DNA of 30,640 bases, taken from IMG/VR virus record IMGVR_UViG_3300011339_000539, positions 1-30,640 of that record; one strand, written 5' to 3'. This stretch comes from a virus (taxonomy: Duplodnaviria > Caudoviricetes). Positions within the stretch are counted from its first letter, which is position 1, and each line of letters starts with the position of its first letter. A program made the position numbers and the translations under genes. Below are positions 25,075-30,640 of the stretch, one piece after another. The notes under the pieces are model-generated. The model saw nothing but the letters and a program-made list of their open reading frames with translations, did not search any database and was not told the DNA's origin.

Positions 25075-25275
25075 ATGTACCCCAAATGGATCACTCGCGC
25101 ACCCGGTATCGGCCCTGTACTCGTTCAAGACGAGACGGAAGAGAAGCAACTTCGCGAAGACTGGGATGCTGAACAGCTCGCCCTCGCTGAAGAAGCTGCT
25201 GCTCAGGCGAAAGCCGACGCAGCCGAAGCTGAGAAGGCTGCAAAGCTGGCTCTCGGTGCCAAGAACGGCAAGTAA
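25075..25275 (+). CDS. Small hypothetical protein (66 aa, MYPKWI...)
   Basis: GGAG RBS before ATG 25075. YPKW-type small protein in the head module. Confidence 0.7.
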   Translation: MYPKWITRAPGIGPVLVQDETEEKQLREDWDAEQLALAEEAAAQAKADAAEAEKAAKLALGAKNGK

Positions 25276-25279
25276 CCCC

Positions 25280-25390
25280 GATACCATCGGTATCTAAATG
25301 GCTGGATTTGGGGCTGCAATGGCCCCAAACCCTATGCCAGCCCCTAGGCAGGGGGCCAAAAACGTGCCTTACGATGTTTTTGCCCTTCGC
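25280..25390. repeat. Composite element copy 2 (palindrome, hairpin and 24-bp identical core)
   Basis: GATACCATCGGTATC, TTTGGGGC...GCCCCAAA and CCTTACGATGTTTTTGCCCTTCGC. Same layout as 422-530. Confidence 0.8.
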
Positions 25391-25420
25391 CCCGACGTTT
25401 TAACCACATAGGAGGCTCAA

Positions 25421-25867
25421 ATGCCTGGACCAAACCCCTCAATCTTGAACATGCGCAGTGGGCAGAACGCCATTGCAGGTGGCGGAACACAGTTCGGCTG
25501 GATTTCTGGTGATATCGCTGGCTTGGCTCTGTCTGCCACTGCTATCGCGATCTTCGACCTAGGTCCTAACTGGGATCAGTACAACGTGGTTCAGGTAGGC
25601 GTTGTGCCTGCTGGTCCATCCAGCGGTCTGTCCGCCGTACAGGTGTTCAGCTCTGATGACGCTGCGTTCAACGCCACCACTGACGTGCAGTTGAACAACA
25701 CGTGGGCGACCACATTCGGAGCTATTTCTGCGGCCATCACTACTCCTCAGACAAGCTGCTTCTCTCCGATGGGTCGCTACCTGATCGTGCGTGCTACCAA
25801 CGCAGATGGCATCAATGCTCAGGGTGCTGGTGCGTTCATCCGCGTCACTGTCTACCCGTTCGTCTAA
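25421..25867 (+). CDS. Probable virion structural protein
   Basis: AGGAGG RBS, beta-rich composition, located in the structural module. Confidence 0.6.
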   Translation: MPGPNPSILNMRSGQNAIAGGGTQFGWISGDIAGLALSATAIAIFDLGPNWDQYNVVQVGVVPAGPSSGLSAVQVFSSDDAAFNATTDVQLNNTWATTFGAISAAITTPQTSCFSPMGRYLIVRATNADGINAQGAGAFIRVTVYPFV

Positions 25868-25876
25868 GGAGCACAT

Positions 25877-26581
25877 ATGCCTAGCGGTATCATCGTCTCT
25901 GACCTCATACGGTCATCCATGCGTCTTATCGGCGCTATCGCCACTGGCGAGACCCCAACGGCTGATGAAGTCAACGATGGTCTGCTGGTGCTCAACGACA
26001 TGCTGGAGAACTGGTCCACAGAAACTCTGTCGGTCTGGGGTTCCAGCAACCAGACGTTCAACACCGTTGCCAATCAGTCCGTGTACACCATCGGGCCGAC
26101 AGGTAACTGGGTTACTACACGGCCTCAGGACATCGACGACGCCTACTGCAACTTCTCTGGTGTGGACTTCCCCATCAAGGTCATCAGCCAAGAGCAGTAC
26201 AACGAGATCAACCTGAAGACGATGAAACAACCTATCGTGGAACGCCTACTCTACGTGAACGAGTTCCCTCTGGGCATCGTTACTCTGTGGCCTGTGCCGA
26301 CTGCTGCCATGCCGTTGACGCTGACCATGAACCGTATCCTGAGCTTCCCTGTCGCGGCGAGCGATGTGCTAACAGGGCCTCCAGGGTTCTTGAAGGCTCT
26401 GCGGTACTGCCTCGCAGTGGAGTTCGCACCTGAGTTCGGTGTGGAAGCTAGCAACACGGTTATCCAAGTGGCTGCTGATGCCAAGGGTGACTACAAACGT
26501 GCGAACATTCCTCTTGCAGTGTCAAGCTACGACGATGCGCTGACCGTGCCTCAGGTAGCGCTCTACCAGCGAGGATACTGA
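25877..26581 (+). CDS. Head-to-tail adaptor (P22 gp4-like)
   Basis: DLIRSSMRLIG...GETPTADEVNDGLLVLNDMLENW...LAVEFAPEFG pattern and gene position. Confidence 0.75.
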   Translation: MPSGIIVSDLIRSSMRLIGAIATGETPTADEVNDGLLVLNDMLENWSTETLSVWGSSNQTFNTVANQSVYTIGPTGNWVTTRPQDIDDAYCNFSGVDFPIKVISQEQYNEINLKTMKQPIVERLLYVNEFPLGIVTLWPVPTAAMPLTLTMNRILSFPVAASDVLTGPPGFLKALRYCLAVEFAPEFGVEASNTVIQVAADAKGDYKRANIPLAVSSYDDALTVPQVALYQRGY

Positions 26582-26582
26582 T

Positions 26583-28010
26583 ATGGCTCAGTTCCCCTTC
26601 GTTGGTGGCAGCTACACGGCACGTAGCAAGAACTTCGCTGCTGAGCAGTGTATCAACCTGTATCCTGAGGTAGGCAACCCTACGACCAAGTCGCCTGCTA
26701 TGCTGGTGGGTACTCCAGGGAAGCGCTTGTGGTTGAACTTGCTGGGTGGCAACATCCGAGGCATGTTGAAGTTCAGCTCAGTGCTGTCTCTCGTAGTGTG
26801 TGGGTCGAACTTGTACCGAGTGACTCCTGGTGCAGTAGCCACACTCGTCGGCACGTTGGACAGCGCTTCCACACCTGTCAGCATGGCGAGCAACGGCACA
26901 CAGGTGATGATTGTCACAGGTTCCAATGGATACATCTACGTACCTAGCACGTTCACGCTGGCACCTATCGTAAGTGCTGCCTTCACAGGTGCCGACACGG
27001 TACAGTTCATCGACGGTTACTTCGCCTTCAACAAGCCCGGTACAGGCCAGTTCCAGATCACATCACTGTATGGCACCAGCGTTGACCCACTGGACTTCGC
27101 CACTGCTGAGGGTGCTCCTGACTTGCTGCTGTCACTGCTGGTAGATCACCGTGAAATCTGGTTGTTCGGTGAAACCAGCACCGAGGTCTTCTACAACAGC
27201 GGTAACGCTGACTTCCCGTTTGAGCGTATCAATGGTGCGTTCATCGAGCAAGGCTGTGCAGCGAAGTTCAGTCCTGCCAAGCTGGACAACACCGTATACT
27301 GGCTCACGTCTGACGAGCGAGGCTTCGGCACAGTGCAGCGTGCAGAAGGCTACCGACCACAACGGGTCAGCACCCATGCTGTTGAGTACGCCATCAGTCA
27401 GATGTCCCGTATCGATGATGCTGTGTCGTACACGTACCAGCAGGAAGGACACAGCTTCTACGTGCTGAACTTCCCCACTGCTCAGCAGACGTGGGTGTTC
27501 GATGCAGCTACTAGCCTATGGCATCAGCGTGCATGGCGTGACCCATCCAACGGAGCACTGAAGCAGGACCGCGCTATCTGCCAGATGGCGTTCGCTGGTG
27601 AGACCATCGTAGGCGACAACCTGAACGGCAACTTGTACATCCTCGACTTGGACTATTTCACTGACGCTGGTGTCCCCATCGCACGCATCCGTGCTTGCCC
27701 ACACCTGAACGACCCTGACTATCGTTATCAAACCTTCCACGCGCTACAAGTTGATATGCAGACTGGTGTGGGACTTACCACTGGTCAAGGCAGCGACCCA
27801 CAAGCCATGCTCCAATGGAGTGACGATGGTGGCTACACATGGAGCAACGAGCTCTGGGCACGCATCGGCAAGCTAGGCCAGTACCTGTCTCGTGTGCGCT
27901 GGCGTCGATTGGGTCGTAGTCGCGACCGGGTGTTTCGTGTTACAGTTACAGACCCTGTACGCGTCGTGATGATTGGTGCCAGTGTGCAAGTCTCGGTAGG
28001 TGTGTCATGA
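26583..28010 (+). CDS. Tail hub / DNA stabilization protein (P22 gp10-like)
   Basis: CINLYPE, FATAEGAPD, RVSTHAVE, YQQEGHSFY and WSDDGGYTW...WRRLG patterns. 475 aa. Confidence 0.85.
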   Translation: MAQFPFVGGSYTARSKNFAAEQCINLYPEVGNPTTKSPAMLVGTPGKRLWLNLLGGNIRGMLKFSSVLSLVVCGSNLYRVTPGAVATLVGTLDSASTPVSMASNGTQVMIVTGSNGYIYVPSTFTLAPIVSAAFTGADTVQFIDGYFAFNKPGTGQFQITSLYGTSVDPLDFATAEGAPDLLLSLLVDHREIWLFGETSTEVFYNSGNADFPFERINGAFIEQGCAAKFSPAKLDNTVYWLTSDERGFGTVQRAEGYRPQRVSTHAVEYAISQMSRIDDAVSYTYQQEGHSFYVLNFPTAQQTWVFDAATSLWHQRAWRDPSNGALKQDRAICQMAFAGETIVGDNLNGNLYILDLDYFTDAGVPIARIRACPHLNDPDYRYQTFHALQVDMQTGVGLTTGQGSDPQAMLQWSDDGGYTWSNELWARIGKLGQYLSRVRWRRLGRSRDRVFRVTVTDPVRVVMIGASVQVSVGVS

Positions 28011-28327
28011 CCAACTTCGTGCCTCCTCGGGTACCACTGGTGGACCCCAATACGGGCATGGTGACTCGTCAGTGGTACCTGTACTTCCAAGGGTCTGACC
28101 CTGCTGCTGCGACTGCTGTAGTCGTGGGTGTGTCACCGTTCACATACGTGCCTTCTGACGTTGGCAGCGTGGTGGTGCGTGGTGGCACAGTCAGCCTCAT
28201 CGAGATCATCCGTAAAGGTACAGCGGTGGACGTGGGTGTGACTGCTGGCATAATCCCCATCGCGCGTGGTGACCAGCTCCGCATAACCTACACGGTGCTA
28301 CCTACGGTAACGTTCCTCGGAGGCTAG
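28007..28327 (+). CDS. Small virion protein (tail module)
   Basis: ATGA-coupled to the gp10-like gene, with a PRVPLVDPNTG...RQWYLYF N-terminus. Confidence 0.6.
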   Translation: MTNFVPPRVPLVDPNTGMVTRQWYLYFQGSDPAAATAVVVGVSPFTYVPSDVGSVVVRGGTVSLIEIIRKGTAVDVGVTAGIIPIARGDQLRITYTVLPTVTFLGG

Positions 28328-28328
28328 T

Positions 28329-29204
28329 ATGAACGAGTTGTCCTTAATCACCAAGACGATGCATCAGTTGACTGCCAAGGGCATTGAAAGTGCTGAGGTA
28401 GAGATGCTCAGCATGGAGCAGGCTGCATGCCCTGTGAACCACTACTTTGGTCCAGGCATATACATACGGGAAGTCTCCATGGCTGCTGGCCTGTTTGCCA
28501 TAGGGCATAGGCAGACCCAAGAGCACGTGAACATCATGCTCAAGGGTCGTGTGCTCATGTTGCAGGAAGACGGTTCCACCACGGAGCTCGCTGCCCCACT
28601 GATGTTCACTGGCAAGCCTGGACGCAAGATGGGCTACATACTTGAAGACGTAGTGTGGCAGAACATCTACGCTACCAACGAGCGTGATGTGCAAGTGCTC
28701 GAAAGCATGTTCCTTGACAAAAGCGCAGCATGGCAGGAGCTCAACGCTCGCCAGCTAGCAGCACAGCACCAAGAGCACGTACACGACCGCGATGACTTCC
28801 AGCGCATGCTCAACGAGTCAGGCTTCACAGCACACACGGTGCAAGAGCAGTCCGAGAACTTGTCTGACCAGTGCCCTATGCCGTTGGGGTCGTGGAAAGT
28901 CAAGACAGGCCAGTCGCCCATACATGGCACAGGCATATTCCTGACCTCTGACGCCACCGCAGACGAAGTGCTCGGACCAGCGCGAATCATGGGGCTGCGT
29001 ACTCCTTTAGGCAGGTACACGAACCACTCACCAAACCCTAGCGCATGTATGGTGCTCAGACACAACGGAGATATCGATCTTGTCACATTGCGTGCGGTAA
29101 AAGGATGCGCTGGTGGCTCTGACGGAGATGAGGTGACAATAGACTACAGGCAGGCTCTCGCCCTATCAGGGATAGCCTGCTCAAACATAGGAGAACTAGC
29201 ATGA
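28329..29204 (+). CDS. Cupin-like plus SET-domain fusion protein (putative lysine methyltransferase)
   Basis: N-terminal HYFGPGIYIREV...GHRQTQEHVNIMLKG cupin pattern. C-terminal SPIHGTGIF, RYTNHSPNP and GDEVTIDY SET motifs. Confidence 0.75.
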   Translation: MNELSLITKTMHQLTAKGIESAEVEMLSMEQAACPVNHYFGPGIYIREVSMAAGLFAIGHRQTQEHVNIMLKGRVLMLQEDGSTTELAAPLMFTGKPGRKMGYILEDVVWQNIYATNERDVQVLESMFLDKSAAWQELNARQLAAQHQEHVHDRDDFQRMLNESGFTAHTVQEQSENLSDQCPMPLGSWKVKTGQSPIHGTGIFLTSDATADEVLGPARIMGLRTPLGRYTNHSPNPSACMVLRHNGDIDLVTLRAVKGCAGGSDGDEVTIDYRQALALSGIACSNIGELA

Positions 29205-29941
29205 GCGCAGTAGCAACAGCGATAGTAGGTTCCGCCGTTATCGGTGGTGTAATGAATAAGAACGCTGCTAGTAGCGCAGCCGACGCACAGGTACGCTCGA
29301 CTGAAGCAGCCAACGCCACACAGTTGGCGATGTTTAACCAGAACCGTGAAGATCAAGCTCCGTGGCGTGATGCAGGAGTTACAGCACTCGGACAACTCAC
29401 ATCGGGTACTGGTGCAGGCGGTGATTTCAATCGAGACTTCACACTCGCTGACTTTACGAAAGACCCAGGATATGATTTTCGGATGCAGGAAGGCCAGCGT
29501 GGTCTGGATGCGAGTGCGGCTGCTCGTGGTGGTGCTCTCAGTGGTGCAGCTATCAAAGGGTCCACACGGTACAACCAAGACTACGCCTCCGGTGAATACC
29601 AGAACGCCTACAATCGATTTAACTCTGACCGCACAGCACGGTTCAACCGTCTCTCTTCCCTCGCAGGGGTCGGCCAGACTGCAACCAACCAAGTGAACGC
29701 TGATCGTACGTCAACAGGTGCTACGATCTCCAACAACCAAGTCGGTGCAGGTAACGCTCAGGCCAGCAGCTACATCGGGCAAGGCAACGCGATGAGTGGT
29801 GCAGCAAGCTCGCTCGGCAACTTCGCCATGAGCAAGTACTATATGAACAACATGCCGAACTACGGTGGTGCAGGCGTCACGCCTGGAGCGGGTGTTCAAG
29901 GTGGATGGGGCAGCACTGGCTCTGCTCCTATTTACGGTTGA
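29201..29941 (+). CDS. DNA ejection / internal virion protein (P22 gp7-like)
   Basis: Ala/Gly/Gln/Asn-rich with a hydrophobic N-terminus and a DPGYDFRMQEG...SAAARGG pattern. Confidence 0.7.
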   Translation: MSAVATAIVGSAVIGGVMNKNAASSAADAQVRSTEAANATQLAMFNQNREDQAPWRDAGVTALGQLTSGTGAGGDFNRDFTLADFTKDPGYDFRMQEGQRGLDASAAARGGALSGAAIKGSTRYNQDYASGEYQNAYNRFNSDRTARFNRLSSLAGVGQTATNQVNADRTSTGATISNNQVGAGNAQASSYIGQGNAMSGAASSLGNFAMSKYYMNNMPNYGGAGVTPGAGVQGGWGSTGSAPIYG

Positions 29942-29954
29942 AAGGAAACATAAC

Positions 29955-30640
29955 ATGCCAGTAGATTCTTCCATCGCAATGTCGGGTCGTCAGTTCCAGA
30001 TGGCTGACCCACTTGAAGTACAGAGCAAGGTAGCCACGCTCGGCCAGCTCGCAGGCCAGCAACGTCTTCAGCAGATGCAAATTGAGCAAGCACAGCGCAC
30101 CCAGGACCAGGAGAACACCCTCGCTGATCTGTATAAGGGCAACGTCAACCCTGATGGTACTGTCAACCGTCAGGGTGTGCTCGCAGGGGCTGCTCAGCGT
30201 GGCTTGGGTTCCAGGATACCCGGTATGCAGAAGCAGTTCGCTGATGCTGACAAGGCGACCGCTGACGTAGGCCACACGGGTGCTCAGACCAAGGACCTCG
30301 AGTGGAAGGTGCAGAAGGGCAAGCTGGAAGCCTCTGGCAACGCGCTGAGCTCTCTGTTGTCCAACCCCAACGTGACGCACGACGACGTGATCGGAACGAT
30401 GGTGGGTCTGGTGAACCAAGGCATCGTAACCCCTGAACAAGGTCAGCAGGCTATCCGTGAGTTGCCTGGAGACCCCGTGCGTCTGCGTCAATATCTCGTG
30501 CAGAAAGGCATGGAGAACGTTGAAGCAGGCAAGCGCATGGAGCTGATGGCACCCAAGCGTACTGAAGTCAATGATGGTAAGACCACGTCATTCGTTGATA
30601 CCAACCCATACACGAACCCTCAAGGGCCTGCACCCATCAA
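29955..30640 (+). CDS. DNA ejection / internal virion protein, 3' truncated by window edge
   Basis: AAAGGA RBS and ATG 29955. MPVDSSIAMSGRQFQ... stays open to the window end, is Gln-rich, and follows the gp7-like gene. Confidence 0.65.
   Translation, partial: MPVDSSIAMSGRQFQMADPLEVQSKVATLGQLAGQQRLQQMQIEQAQRTQDQENTLADLYKGNVNPDGTVNRQGVLAGAAQRGLGSRIPGMQKQFADADKATADVGHTGAQTKDLEWKVQKGKLEASGNALSSLLSNPNVTHDDVIGTMVGLVNQGIVTPEQGQQAIRELPGDPVRLRQYLVQKGMENVEAGKRMELMAPKRTEVNDGKTTSFVDTNPYTNPQGPAPI

Noticed and set aside
1-30640. Prophage, tRNA genes or mobile introns/inteins
   Set aside because: No host genes, integrase or tRNA-like folds were seen, and the polymerase, terminase and helicase are of normal length without insertions.

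Overview
The window is about 30.6 kb of a tailed dsDNA phage genome, probably a podovirus of a proteobacterial host. It has two divergent arms. The leftward arm (534-14840, minus strand) carries small early genes, DenV and a ParB-like protein. It also carries a DUF2800 nuclease / DUF2815 SSB / family A polymerase / VRR-NUC / SNF2 helicase replication block, and a compact thymidine-replacement and hypermodification cluster (amino acid:DNA transferase, P-loop 5hmdU-DNA kinase, dUMP hydroxymethylase, HD phosphohydrolase, DUF3310). The rightward arm (15234 to the end) carries a primase-helicase, terminase, P22-like portal, scaffold, coat, gp4- and gp10-like tail proteins, and ejection proteins. 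The end of a holin-like gene lies at the left edge. Most notable: (1) T-hypermodification genes on a P22-like chassis; (2) a GATACC-N3-GGTATC palindrome dispersed across the window together with a ParB-like protein; (3) a shared acidic DDLL peptide on five early proteins; (4) a cupin-SET fusion and a GNAT in the virion module, alongside Lys-rich histone-H1-like proteins; (5) several duplicated structured non-coding elements. All family calls come from motif recognition by eye, and no searches were run.
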